Assembly (NCBI GenBank): GCA_964016885.1
Contig: OZ024743.1
Coordinates: 261,082,001-261,146,000, forward strand
Length of the DNA: 64,000 bases
DNA from: Eledone cirrhosa
Lineage: Eukaryota
Direction of reading: 5' to 3'
Positions 50,062 through 62,932 of this stretch are shown piece after piece. The notes under the pieces are model-generated. The model saw only the letters and a program-made list of their open reading frames with translations, was not told the origin of the DNA and did not search any database. How positions within the stretch are numbered: the first letter of the stretch is position 1; each line of letters opens with the position of its first letter. A program made the translations under genes and the position numbers.

Positions 50062-50572
50062 TTGAAAAAAGGGGAAAAAATGACTTCACTTGTAGTTCTA
50101 AACAATTTAATTATATAATATTACAATTTTGTTTTTACAAAACAAAATTGTAATCATCATCATCATCATCATTTTATGTCCGCTTTTCCCTGCTTGCAAG
50201 GGTGGGACGGGAACTGATTCTGGCTTGATTTCTACAGCTGCATGCCCTTCCTAACACCAACCTCATTTACAGTGAGTGCTGGGTGGTTTTTTTCTGTGGT
50301 GCCTACCTGTCCACTTTACAGTGTGGGCTGGGTGCTTTATTGCCGTGGCATCTCCACGACCACTTTGCAGTGGAATGATAGGGACCCCAGAGCAATGTGA
50401 AATAAAGTGTCTTGCTCAAGGAAACAACACATCACCCGGTCTGAGAATTGAAATCACAACCTTTTGATTGAAAGGCCAATGCTCAAACCACTAAGCCATG
50501 TGCCTCCATGTAATATATAATTAAATTGTTTAGAACAAGTGAAATCATTCTTTTCCTTTTTTCAAATATAAA
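50057..50572. mobile_element. AT-rich palindromic (MITE-like) element split by a SINE insertion
   Basis: 50057-50125 is inversely repeated at 50509-50572; inner 15-bp palindrome at 50120-50154. Confidence 0.6.
50155..50508 (-). mobile_element. Full-length tRNA-SINE with RTE-A tail, TSD TGTAAT
   Basis: Closely similar to 10377-10678; (TGA)n tail; TGTAAT on both sides. Confidence 0.88.
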
Positions 50573-51835
50573 TATATATATATATATATATATTGGGAGA
50601 TAGAAAGAGGTAGTTAGATAGATATTACATTATATATATATACACACACATACACACAAACACATTCATATAATACATGTATCTATAAACACTTACATAT
50701 ATTGACATTATTGAAAAAGAGACATTTATTTATATTTGTATATTAACATAGAGACATTTCTGTATAACATTTAAGCTCATATTTAATAAATTGTTCCAGC
50801 TGACATTATCTAAAGTGCACTCAATCAATTAGAAGAAAGGTTAAGACCATAAACCAGTATAAAAACCCAGCCAAACAAAAGAAATGAAGATGTTAGGAAA
50901 AGGAAAATGTAATGACTAGCAATGAAAAGAGAGAAAGGAAAATATCTAAATAATGAAAAGTGTTGTTGTAGTAGTAGTTTAAACTGAAGGTAGTCATGGC
51001 TTAGCAGCCATTATAATAAAATGTGTTCCAGACGTGACCATTCCATCCTTTCTTTCTCACTCAGTGTAACTAGCACTATCTTAGACAACATATCTTTAAT
51101 TTTTGAACATGTTAGTGTGATTTGATGGAGATTTCGTTGCCATTTCTAGCAGATTAAACAACAGCATGGAGACTTGCTTGTTGCCTCCTAATTAAAAGGT
51201 TCCATGTGTAATGGCTTCTTAGGGAGGCAAAGACTAATATTTATATTGAAGGAAAGTAGGTCATTATATCATCATTTGAGCTCTAACAACTCTAACAAAG
51301 TTATATCTGTGAGCAATGGGTACTAAATCTTTGAAGAAAAGGTCATCAACAATTGATAAATACAAGTTGGATCTATCACAAAAGAGTATTGTATAAGTAG
51401 TGTTATCTCTGGTTATCTTTTGTTATAGATTCCTCCAATTGCATACCTCTTTTTCCTCCCTCCCTCCCCTTTTTTTTTAAACGTCTTTCCACCACTCCAT
51501 CACACACCCTCAGAACTCTCTTCCTACCCATTTTTCTCCTGATGCCCGAAACGTCGTCCCCCACCCCCACTCTGAAGCGTGAAACTAATACTAATATCAT
51601 TTGTACTGCCTCTTCGTTTTTCTGTTTTTTGTTCTCTGTTTATTTATTAAACTATATATATATATATATATATGGGATAACAAGTTATCGTTATAGGTAA
51701 TCCAGTTAGAGGTTGTGAGTACTCTGTATTATGGATAGTTTTAACGTACGGCTTTGTTTGACTCAACAAAATATTTCCATAGTTAGGCAGCGAGTTCGCG
51801 AGAATTCCTATGCAGGTTATTCTTGGAGTAACAAC

Positions 51836-52037
51836 AGTGAAAGATTGAACAATAACATGGTCGGCTGTACAACAAGGGGCTTTATTTCAAGTATTAACAA
51901 TTGTTTCATTGATCAGGTGAGTCTAACTTCAAGTGATTAGCGGCCTCTAGACTCACCTGATCAATGAAACAATTGTTAATACTTGAAATAAAGCCCCTTC
52001 TTGTACAGCCGATCATGTTATTCTTCAATCGTTCACT
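51836..52037. repeat. 90-bp inverted repeat with 22-nt loop
   Basis: Arms 51836-51925 and 51948-52037, 4 mismatches counted. Confidence 0.92.
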
Positions 52038-52056
52038 ATATATATATATATATATA

Positions 52057-54931
52057 AGAATGGAAGAACGGGGGAAGCAGGGTACATTACACAGAGACCA
52101 GGAGGGAAGCTGGGCGACAAGTATACTTAGCTAGAAAGGAAGCAGAGGATAGAAAATTCAAGCATGTTTTGCAACATGAGGACCAGAAACAGGAGGTGTT
52201 CAAGATTGCGAGGCAGTGTGTCAGAGAGAATTGGGATGTCATTGGAGAGAAGTTTATCCAGAATGATAAAGGTGAGCTTGCCCTCACAAATGCCGAGAAG
52301 AAAGCTGCGTGGAAGAGCCATTATTAAAGATTACTAAATGAGGAGAATGCATGGGAAAACGGACCCTATATTGGGACCAGCAGTACAAGTCAGCAACAGC
52401 ATAGTAAGTAAGGCAATCAAAGATATGAAGACAGGGAATGTAACCGGTCCATCGGGTATAGTTACCGAGATGCTTAAGGCATCTGGGTCAGTAGGTCACA
52501 CCATAACCACACAAATTGTTAACCAGGTAATACTAGAGGATATTATACCAAAGGATTGGTGCAGCAGCATCATTGTCAACTGCTACAAGGGTAAAGGTGA
52601 TGCACTAGATAGAGGTATAAAGCCGATGGACCAGGTCATGAAAGTAACGGAAAGAGTTATAGCACAGTTGATTAGGGACTGGGTAAAACTAGATGAGATA
52701 CAATTTGGGTTTGTACCAGGAAAAAGCACCACCGATGTCCTCTTCCTTGTGAGGCAGTTACAGGAAAAGTACCTAGCTAAAAGTAAGCCACTCTACTTCA
52801 TTGATCTGGAAAAATCCTTCGACAGTCTCCCGTGCTATAATCTGGTGGGCTCTTAGAAAATTAGGAATAGATGAATGGCTTTTGAAAGTTGTACAAGCCA
52901 TGTATAGAGGAGCAGTCAGCAAAGTTAGGGTTAGCAATGACTATAGCGAGGAATTTAGCATACAGGTCAGTGTCCACCAGGGCTCTGTTCTTAGCCCTCT
53001 CCGGTTCATTATAGTTTTGCAGGCAATAACAGAGGAGTTTAAGACCAGATGCCCATGGGAACTCCTATATGTGGATGATCTTGCACTTATAGCTGAATCT
53101 ATGGTGGAACTAGAGAAGAAATTCCAAACATGGAAGCAGGGACTAGAAAGAAAGGGTCTTTTAGAAGAATTAGTATTATATATATATCATTATCACGGTT
53201 TTAGAAATAACATAAAAGACTGATTCACTTTAGGAGAAATGTATTGGATAAGATAAATGTTGTTGAAATAACAAGAATGGCTTTGTGTGTTTGTATAAAG
53301 ATTTACTTCGTTGAAGTCAAAAATAGGACAATACATATTTTACCACAAGCTGTGATGGTGTAGTTGGCTTATTAGGCTGTTAGTGAGTTTTAGACCATAG
53401 TGGGTGAGAGCAGTGCTCTCAACATGTCTATTGGATAGGCTGGTCGTGTGAGAGAGTAAAGGCAGATTTCATCTTCTCATGAGTACTGGTAGGTGCCAAA
53501 AGAAGGCAGAGCTGTAACTTGACTCCAGGACAGCTGGCCGTGTGTGAGAGAGAAGGCTGGAGTGGAGTGGGCGAAGTCGCTCATTCTCCAGGGCCGCTGC
53601 GTTGAGAAGAGAGAGAATGCTCTGGCGGTCTCAATATATAGTCCCCATGGAGACATAACTCCATTTACTTCTGTTGTTGACACTAGGGGTCACTATAGTC
53701 CCCAAGGGACGTAACTCTCATGAGTTCTGGATTTCACCGCTAGGTGTCACTACAGTCTCAAAGTCAACATGACAAAGACTAAGGTTCTTGTAAGTAGACA
53801 AGAAGACAGAACCCAGATCCCCTCAGGGAAATGGCCTTGCTCAGTATGTAGGAAAGGTGTAGGTAGGAACTCCATCCTCTGCACCAAATGCAAACAATGG
53901 GTACACAAGAGATGTAGTTGGATCTCAGGAAGCTTAACAAAGAATGTAGGCTTCATATGTAGCAGCTGTGCTGTGACAGCAAGCAGCGAACGACCACAGG
54001 AAACAAGCACGACCAAACTCTAGGAGGGCTCTGTAGAAACAGTAGACAGCTTCTGCTACCTAGGTGACCGAATTAGCAGTGGAGGTGGGTGTTCGGAAAG
54101 TACAATAACTAGGGTAAGAACGGGATGGAAGAAGTTCAGGGAGCTACTGCCACTGTTAGCTGCAAAAGGCTTTTCCTTCAAAAGAAAGGCAGACTGTATG
54201 ATGCGTGTATATGAACAGCAATGTTACATGGTAGTGAGACCTGGGCACTGAGTGTAGAAGACTTGCGTAGATTAGAAAGAAACGAAGCTTGCATGCTCCT
54301 ATGGATGTGTAATAGTAATATACGTGAACGGCAAAGCATAAACGAACTGAGAGAGAGACTGGGGATAAGAGGAATCAAATGCTGTGTGTAGGAGAGGAGG
54401 TTGCGTTGGTATGGACATGTGATGCATATGAAGGATGACAGCTGCATAAAAAGGTGCAGAACACTAGAAGTCGATAGAAGCCGTGGAGTGGGGAGACCCA
54501 AGAAGACCTGGGATGAAGTGATAAAAGTCGACCTTACCCAATTGCACCTCTTAAGGGCAATGAACATGACCGTGACTTCTGGTGTCATGCAGTAATACAG
54601 AAGACCCGACTTCCCACAAGAACAAGCCGAAACTGAAGCATATAGACAATATGCCCCACCCCCTCCCACTGCAAAGTGGTCGTGGAGGTGCCACGGCAAA
54701 AAAGCACCCAGCCCACACTGTAAAGCGGACGTGTAGGCGCCACGGAAAAAAAGCACCCAGCACTCACTGTAAATGAGGTTGGTGTTAGGAAGGGCATCCA
54801 GCTGTAGAAATCAAGCCCGAATCAGTTCCTGTATGAGCAAGACAAGGTCAGCCGACTGGACACTGCCCACAACAGAACAACCCGTCTAACCCATCTAGCG
54901 TGGAAGAACGAACGTAAAACGGTGATGATGA
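52057..54931 (+). mobile_element. RTE-A LINE interrupted by a solo LTR
   Basis: ORFs 52338-52856, 52801-53223 (YVDD), 53769-54023 (PHD), 54401-54595; 3'UTR and TGATGATG tail. Confidence 0.93.
53160..53754 (-). mobile_element. Solo LTR (Gypsy-like), 595 bp, 4-bp TSD GTCT
   Basis: Interrupts RTE codons KGL|KV; GTCT at 53156-53159 and 53755-53758; termini TTTAG/CTACA; minus-strand TATA about 53635 and AATAAA about 53370. Confidence 0.8.
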
Positions 54932-55030
54932 TATATATATATATATTCTTTCCCCTTTTCCAATAAAGCGTGAAACTAATAAGACTTTTTGTACCTCTGT
55001 TTGTCATTACCTTGAAATATATATATATAT

Positions 55031-55700
55031 ATCATCATCATCATCGTCATTACTGTTTAACGTCCATTTTTCCACGTTTGCATGGGTTAGACAAATTGTC
55101 CCGTTGTGAGACAAGTCAGATCAGATGATTGTCTTGTTCATACAGAACTGTTTCTAGCTTGGTTTCTGTGGTTGGATGCTCTTCTTAAAACCAACCACAT
55201 TTAGAGCGCGGACTGGCCATTTTTTTGTCATGTCACCAACACAACCAACTGACAGGTTGGACTGGGTTCTCTTTATTGTGGCACCAAAATGACCACTTTA
55301 CAGTATGGACTGGGCACTTTTTGTCATGTCACCAATCCAACCACTCCACAGGACTCTGGGAACACCTTCTGTTGTGCCACCAACACGACCACTTTACAGA
55401 GTGGACTGGGTGCTTTTTGTCATTTCAACTTACTGGAGGACTATATGTTCTTTTATCATGAGCACCTTACATGTTGAACTAGGAGCTTTGTTGTGTCACC
55501 AGCATGACCAGCTTACAGGGTCCACTGAGAGCTTTTAGCCATTTGAACGGTATTGTGAGAGAGTGTATCTAGCTTTCCATTTTGTATGCACCGGTTTGTC
55601 AAGAGAGGTGCATCAGATGTGGAAAGTGTGTGGTGGTATCCGTATATGTAAGGTGGTGAAGGGTGTAGTGTTAAGACGTGGAAGGGGGAGAAGTGGTGCA
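55031..55700 (-). mobile_element. Degenerate RTE-type 3'UTR with amplified ~45-bp units
   Basis: (ATC)n tail then repeated GACCACTTTACAG.GTGGACTGGG...TTTTTGTCATGTCACC units. Confidence 0.7.
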
Positions 55701-55920
55701 TACTAGTGCTGCCTGGCTTGTCACTTCACAGCCATTTTTATAATGTGCCTCGCCCTTATAACGTATGTTAATTGTTCTGGCTTCTTCTTAGTCCATTGAG
55801 CGCTTGCCAGCATATCTCGAAAATTGCGTTTCGTTTTGTTTTGGCCGCCGCCGAAATACGATCTCGCTGAAATTATATTTATATATATATATATATTCAC
55901 ACATATATATATGTACATAT

Positions 55921-56330
55921 ATCATCATCATCATCATCTTCGTTTAACGTCCACTTTCCACGCTAGCATGGGTTAGATGGGAGTTGTCCCACTTGAGGCA
56001 AGGTAGGTCGGGTGACCATGTCTTGCTCATATAGGACTATCTGGCAGGTTTTCTACGGCTGGATGCCCTTCCTAACACCAACCATATTTACAGTGTGGAA
56101 CTGGGAACTTTTTACCGTGTTACCTACGCGACCACATTACAGCGTGGACTGTGTGTTTTTTTTTTCTTGTGACACCTACACGATCTCGATCTCTTTATCT
56201 CATTTATTTGGACTGGATGTTGTGGTACCAACTTTATAGAGAGAGGGTGGTGTTGGTGGGAGTGGGAGGATAGGGTAGGGGTAGTGGATTGGGGTGTATA
56301 TTTGGTTAAGAGGTGCCTACTGACTGTATA
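55921..56330 (-). mobile_element. RTE-B 3'UTR fragment
   Basis: Matches 45355-45710. Confidence 0.85.
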
Positions 56331-56788
56331 TATATATATTAAGAGGTGCCTACTGACTGCCTATATATATATTGTTATACTTTGGGAGGGTCATGCTGCC
56401 AATAAAAACACATGCACCTGTTGGTTTTCACTTCAATTTATTATAAATTTCCGGATGGTTTATATATTGTCAAAGCTCTTTTGTCACACATTCTGAAACC
56501 TCCTCAGTGACTGGATTTTTATTTTATGTCTCTCCTTTATTCTGTCCTACACCATCTTGTTTTTATGTGTTGTCTGCTGAGTACTTGGTTTGCGCATGCG
56601 TTACATCCAGGTGTGTGTGTTTTTATTTATGTGTTTATTTACTTGTCTCTAGTTGGTTGTTTGTTCTAGCCGAGTGTGTCTGATTTGTTTTGTTAGTTGG
56701 GTTTTTGTGTGTCTATGTATGTCTCGATATCTATTTCAACACACGTTTTCAGATAAGAAATGCAGTAAATTGGTGAGGTTTTTAATGA

Positions 56789-56850
56789 GATATTTACTTA
56801 TATCTGATTTTGATAAGTCCCAATAAGGGACGAAACGTTCGGAAATATCA
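56789..56850 (+). ncRNA. Degenerate minimal hammerhead-like motif
   Basis: TTGATAA-GTCCC aataa GGGAC-GAAAC GTT; two core positions deviate from CUGANGA and stem I is weak. Confidence 0.45.
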
Positions 56851-56886
56851 ATATTTAATATAAAAATGTATTTGGTAATTACTTTA

Positions 56887-56972
<86 letters not shown>

Positions 56973-57080
56973 ATAATAATAAATTTGAAGACCAAAATCC
57001 AAAGAGGGCTCGATAAGGACAAATATATATCAAATATATAAGAACCGTAGAGCAAATATTTATTAAAATAACAGATTAAA

Positions 57081-57211
57081 GTCTAAGGAAAGAATCGCCG
57101 CCCTCACCCTCAACGGGATCCTCCGAAACTAACAAAGTCAATCTTAGAGATTGACTTTGTCAGTTTCAGAAGATCCCGCTAAGAGTGAAAGCAGCGATTC
57201 CTTGCTCAAAC
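57081..57211 (-). other. 64-bp hairpin with 3-nt loop, G-U rich on the minus strand
   Basis: Arms 57081-57144 / 57148-57211; 12 of 13 mismatches are C-A/A-C on plus, which are G-U on minus. Confidence 0.8.
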
Positions 57212-58229
57212 TCTCTCTCTATATATATATATATATGCATGTGTGTATTATTGACAGACATTAGAATGAAGTAGAATTTAAATATTCATTTGTTATGGAT
57301 AAGCTGTGAGCCTTGTTACTCTGGAGTTTCCCTGTACATTCAGAATAACATGGCTTACAACTTAGTCATAATAAATGAACATATGTATATGTAGAGAGAG
57401 AGAGGGGTGAGATTGATGTTATTGTCTCCTGTGGTCATGGAGATTTGTAAAGAAAGAGGCTTATGGTAAGCTGACCATTCTTAATTCATTTATCAATTAA
57501 TGACTATTGAAGTGTGATAAACTAGTTTCATAGGCTTTACTTTCCTTTCTTCTAATGTCAGCATGACTGGATGGTTAATCCCATTGCCATCTGGAAATAC
57601 TATTCTATGGATAGTAATAGTGTGATTTAGATTTATGTTCACCACATAAAACAATTGTCCTCAGTTCAAATTCCTTGGAGAACAACTGTAGTTATCATCC
57701 TTCTTGGATTGATATAATGAGATTATATCCTCCACCAAATGCTATGGCATTAGACAAGGCTCTAAATCAATTATATCTAATGACCTCTTTATATCTGTTA
57801 ATGGGGTCAGTGCTACTATTAAGGCCAACTAAGCTGTAGTCCTCCTCAGAGAGATGCATTGCTTAACTTTAAAGGATCATAGTTTTATACAGATTTACAT
57901 AATTAAATTAAATATATAATAATTGCCTTTGATCAATAAATAAATCATTCAAAACATCTTTGTCATATAACAGTATTATGGAAATATCTAAAGTGGTGGA
58001 GAGGGCCATATGGTGTAACATGATTTGGTGTGTGTGGACTGTAGGGAGAAATGCAGTCTTAGTAATTTTGTGGTTTTTAAGAAAAATGTTGTTTAACCCT
58101 TTAGCATTACTCTATATATTCTATTGTATTTTCACAGTAAACACTTTATCTCACAATTTTAGACTATTATTTGTTTATCTGTTTTGCATTTTGTTCTAGG
58201 GAAAGGAATCAGAATAACTTGTTGCTATG

Positions 58230-59090
58230 GATAATGAACACAACCACAAGGATATGGTCCGAACGTGGAAGAACTGAACTCCCACTGTCTCGCCCTCCCC
58301 ATTTCTCTGTATGGTGAGCAAATGGGGTCCCACGTACTGGCCTCCCCACAGCCTCGGCAGACAGAATGGAGGAGGTGTTTCCCCAGAGGATGGTAAGGGA
58401 GATGCACTGGAAGATCCATTCCAACACGCGAGGCTCACACCTGCGGCTGGCCAGCTCAGCGCCTATGGTGGTGAGTAGGAAGGTAGCCCTAGGGCCAAGG
58501 ACACCAGAAGTCTCCACTGCCAAGGGCACGACCGCAAACCTGTCAGAGAGCGACCAGTACTTGGAGAGTTTAGCCTCCTCAGCCCGACGTGCAGCAGAAC
58601 CTGGGTTAGTCGCAGAACACACCAGGTTGCAGCTGGAGAAAGTGTTGCTGCAAGTGGCATCCCAGATGAGGGGTTTGCCACAGCGGAACGGGAAGATGGT
58701 CATACCATCTGGCCTTTTGCCATCACCTAGGTCCAGCCCCACCGGCTCGAGCTGGGAGGGGAAGCCTGCAGCATTCAAGCCATGCTTTATGACCTCATTG
58801 AGGGCAGCATGGTGTGGAAGTGGCCAGAACTGTGGCGAACGGAAAGCCAAATGAGTCCACGGTGGATCCACAGAGACATTTATGTGGCTCACAGATCTGG
58901 AAGCCAAGCAACAGGGAAACGCCGATGCACAGGCTATCGTTATCCAGCTGTGTGCCAGTGGAGAAGGAGGGCAAGGCATGGAGCCAGGTACCACTGAGGG
59001 GTTTAGAGGCCGTACGAAAACAGGCAAGGTGGTGCTGGTCAAGCTGGTCAGCTGTGACAAGACGTGTATGACGGGTAGTGACCTCAATTG
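58230..59090 (-). mobile_element. CRE-clade non-LTR retrotransposon 3' fragment (Zn-binding region + RLE)
   Basis: SGTWLHALP...CEPHKCLCG...HAALNEVIK...EPVGLDLGDGKRPDGMTIFPFRCGKPLIWDATC...AEEAKLSKY...PLAVETSGVLG. Confidence 0.88.
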
Positions 59091-59849
59091 AATGTTCAAT
59101 GAAATCCAATATGATGATAACCTACTAGAAAACCAACACCTCTCACCACTTAATCTCGTTGGAATGTTTACTTCCATACTACATGGAGTTCTAACAGCAT
59201 TATTGGCCATCCCATAGGTTAGACAGGTTGTCACATCATGAGACCACATCTTGTTCGTATGGATCTGTATTTTGGCTTGGGTTCTACAGCTGGATGCCCT
59301 TCCTGACATCAACCATGTTACTGTGTGGACTGGGTGCTTTTTATTGTTGCACCAAAATGAACACTTTACTGGGTGAGCTGGACATTTTTTGTTGTGTGTA
59401 TATATATATATATACACAACAGGCTGTATCAAAAAGAATCATCTGATTTCAAAGGGTATATTTTTAAAACATGATCATTGCCTTTCAGTCTGATTCCTTC
59501 CAGATGATTCGTTTTGATACGCACTGTGTATATATATATATATACATGCAATGGTTGTATAATGAGAGAGGGAGAGATAATACATACACAGGAACCACAA
59601 AACCACTGGGTCTGTGGGACTATACCCCCCCCCCCCCCCCCAAGAACTTTCCATGAAAAAATAATAAGATAGAATGTAATCAAATATTTTCTGTCAGATG
59701 ACTGGGCTTAATGTGGTACATGGATTAGGGACTGAGAGGTGAATAAAATAACAATTTCACAAGGAGTAATGTTTAAAATTTCAGTGTTTTAACACATCTA
59801 ACAAATATATATGTATCTTATGATTTGGGGATCAGTAATGTTAAGTGTA

Positions 59850-60670
59850 TCAGCATAATTTCGAACATGCAGGCCTCTTTCTCTTCAGTATCAGTGATGC
59901 TAAGTGCACAAGCATCATTTTGAACATGCTTTTTTCCAACAACATCCTAATTCATACTTATACACTGCCTTGCAATACAGAATACCTCTCGTCTTTGACA
60001 TAAAACATTAGTAACCCCACCTCCTTCTTTCTGATTACTTCCCTGCTATGTATACTTGCCATGTAGCGTCTCTCTGAGGTACATAGTACTATTCTCTGCT
60101 ATCCCCACTTTCTAGTTTGTCCATGCCTGTCTCTTGTCCTTAATGGTTCTAGTTACTGTGTTGTTCAACCACCAGGTCACCCTCTGTCTGGCTGGTGCTT
60201 TGCTCCAGCCATAAATCTCATCAGTAGTCTGTAGGTTTTCACGAATAATTTCCAATTGTCTGCTATGTCATATGTATCTAACTTGTCTCCTCTCTTGTCA
60301 TATGTGCCCCATAGAGCCTTTCTAAAGCTATACTCTACTGAAAGCTCCTTTAGCTTCCATACTTTCCTCTTCCACATTTTTCTACATTTCTTATTCAATC
60401 TTATGCTCATTTTTATGTCATTAGTTACTAACTTATGTTGGGCAGTGCATTCTTCCCAGGGAAGGACTTAACATTCATAACCATCTGTTTATCCTGTTTT
60501 CTAACACGTAAAGAAGTCAATCTAACTTATGTGTTCACTAGATTGGTAGGTGATCAGATGGCTGGCCAGTTTCTTAAAATTAGTGTTGCAAATGGTTAGT
60601 TCATTTGCATCACAGAATTCTAGGAGCCTCACTCCCTCTTCATTTCTTGATACAACCATAGCCACCATGT
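59850..60670 (-). mobile_element. Degenerate RTE fragment (APE C-terminus and linker)
   Basis: RLLEFCDANELTICNTNFKK..HLITY...GEECTAQHKLV...RKVWKLKE...TWWLN. Confidence 0.8.
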
Positions 60671-61529
60671 ACTTTTTTTGTGTGCATGTGTGTACACATA
60701 TGTGTTAGGGTGAGTTTCATGTGCTGTGTTGTGGATGTCCATTATTTCTTGTGTGTGTGATTTGTGTAACACTGATGGGAGTGTGCATGTGTCTGGATTT
60801 TTTTGTAGTTTTTTGTGTTCTTGTGTCTACATGTTTATGTGTGTTTATGTATACGTGTGTGTTCTCATTTATGTATGAGTGTGTGACTGAATTTTTAATG
60901 TTTTTTATTCATGTTTATACATGTGTGTATCTGGATTCTTTATGCACATCTATATATACTCATACACATATACACACATTCATATAATATATATATACAT
61001 GTACATGTGTGTACATATTTTTTGGTGAGGGGGTGGTGAGTTTAAGTAGTGGTTGGTTTGTATATGTGAATGTGTTTTTACATATAAGTTTGTATGGATG
61101 TGTCAGTTTTTCATAAAGATTCTGATCTTGAGGGTCACAGCAGCATGCAGGCAATGATCAAAGCTGGGCTATTTCAAGAGGAGGGAGCATTCTGTGTGTG
61201 GTGCATAAAGAACGCAAGTGATATGGAGTGAAGGTGTGGTCATGCAGAAAGATAAAATGGGATGGCAAGCTGTGATGGTGGTGGTAGTATGTGTGTACTG
61301 GTAGTAAAGGAGTGTAGTGTGAATGTCTGAGTTGGCCTTGTAGTATGGTTAGACATGTTGGTATGATTAGTTAACTAATTGGCAGTGTTAGGAAAAACAT
61401 AATGTATGTATTTGTCTATGATCATGTTGGTGTGTCCATGTACACATGTGGGTGGGTGTGTTAGTGGTCTGTTAGTATACTTGATAAGTTAATTAGTGGC
61501 ATTAATACAACCAATGGGGCAGTAACAAT

Positions 61530-61790
61530 AACCTGGACAGTTACCTGGGTATTTAGGAACCTTGGCTAGTTCTAAAATGTGTATGTGGGTAGTTAGTACC
61601 CAAGGCTAGCTCTACAATGTGTATCTGGATATTTAGCGCCCTAGGTTAGCCATAAAATGTGTCTCTTGCTATTCAGTGCTCAAGGTTAGCTGGAAAATGT
61701 GTCTGAATATTTAGTGTCCTAGGCTACCCATAAAATGCATGCCCAGGTATTTAGTGTCCTTGGCTAGCCCTACAATATGCAACCCAGACC
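61530..61790. repeat. Degenerate ~38-bp tandem repeat
   Basis: About six units of GGTATTTAGTGTCCTAGGCTAGCCATAAAATGTG-like sequence. Confidence 0.75.
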
Positions 61791-62395
61791 CCTAAATAAA
61801 ATAATTTCAACTTACAGTTTGATAAGTTGACAAACCTCGTTTTTTACATTTCTTGCTCTGACTACACTAAGCCTTCATTTTCCACTACACAGCCCACACT
61901 CACCCTTGACAAATCCTGTTACAAGTCACAAAAACCATATAAACTTCTCCACTTTGGATATTTCTACAACATTACTCTGAGTCAAAGACGTTTAATGATT
62001 TATTTACTGATTGCAGTAAACTAGTATATATTTAGTAGGTCTGTGCCCTAGGCAACTATCAGTTAGCCTAATGTTAGTGTTGGCCTTGTATAAAACTGTG
62101 ATCCTTTAAAGTTCAGTAATTTGCCTCTCTGAGGCCTGCACTTTAGGCAGCTGCCTCGTTGGCCTTAATCATAACACCATTCCCGACTGTAATACTTGCA
62201 GAACTTCACAGAAGTTTGATAGTTAGCTTGAACTTCTGTTATCTAGGGGTTGATGCACTGATAAGGAAGGACTGGAGGAAGATTTTGTATTTCAAGGTTT
62301 GGTTGATAAAACACATCAGGTAAGATGAAGACTATAAGTAAGTGAATTGGATATGTTTGTCTGCAATGGTTTACAGTTTGCCTTGTATGAATGTG

Positions 62396-62705
62396 CATGG
62401 GATAGTGGTTAGGATGTTCGGCTAACAATCATAAGGATGGGAGTTTAATTCCTGACGGTGCATTGTGTCTTTGAGCAAGACACTTTATTTCATATTACTC
62501 CAGTTCACTTAGAAAATATAAGTTGTACCTGTAATTAAAAGGGCAACTTTGTCACAGTGAATCTCCTTGAGAATTTTATTATGGGTTCATATATTTGTTG
62601 AATGTTCATCCCCCAACCCTCCACCTGCACATTAATTTCCTGAGTAGGCTGTTCCTTTGTTTGAACAACTAGAACATTCATCATCAGAATCGATGGGGGT
62701 CCAAC
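62396..62705 (+). mobile_element. tRNA-derived SINE, third tail type
   Basis: TAGTGGTTAG...GAGTTTAATTCC...TGTGTCTTTGAGCAAGACACTTTATTTCA followed by a tail unlike the other two. Confidence 0.7.
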
Positions 62706-62932
62706 ACATATTTTGATGGGTAGCAACAGTTGAACAGACAAAAATAAGGCAGAGTATGGGGGTGGGGGATAATATTCATAGTGTGTGGCTGAGTAAAGAG
62801 TGTGGTCTAGAATGAGGGTGAGTGTAGCATCTGCATTATCCCAAATATATGAACAGTACTTGCTCTTTTTAACCTACCCGGGAATAATTAATCTTTTGGC
62901 TTTAAACAAGAGACATTGAATGCAAGGTTTTT

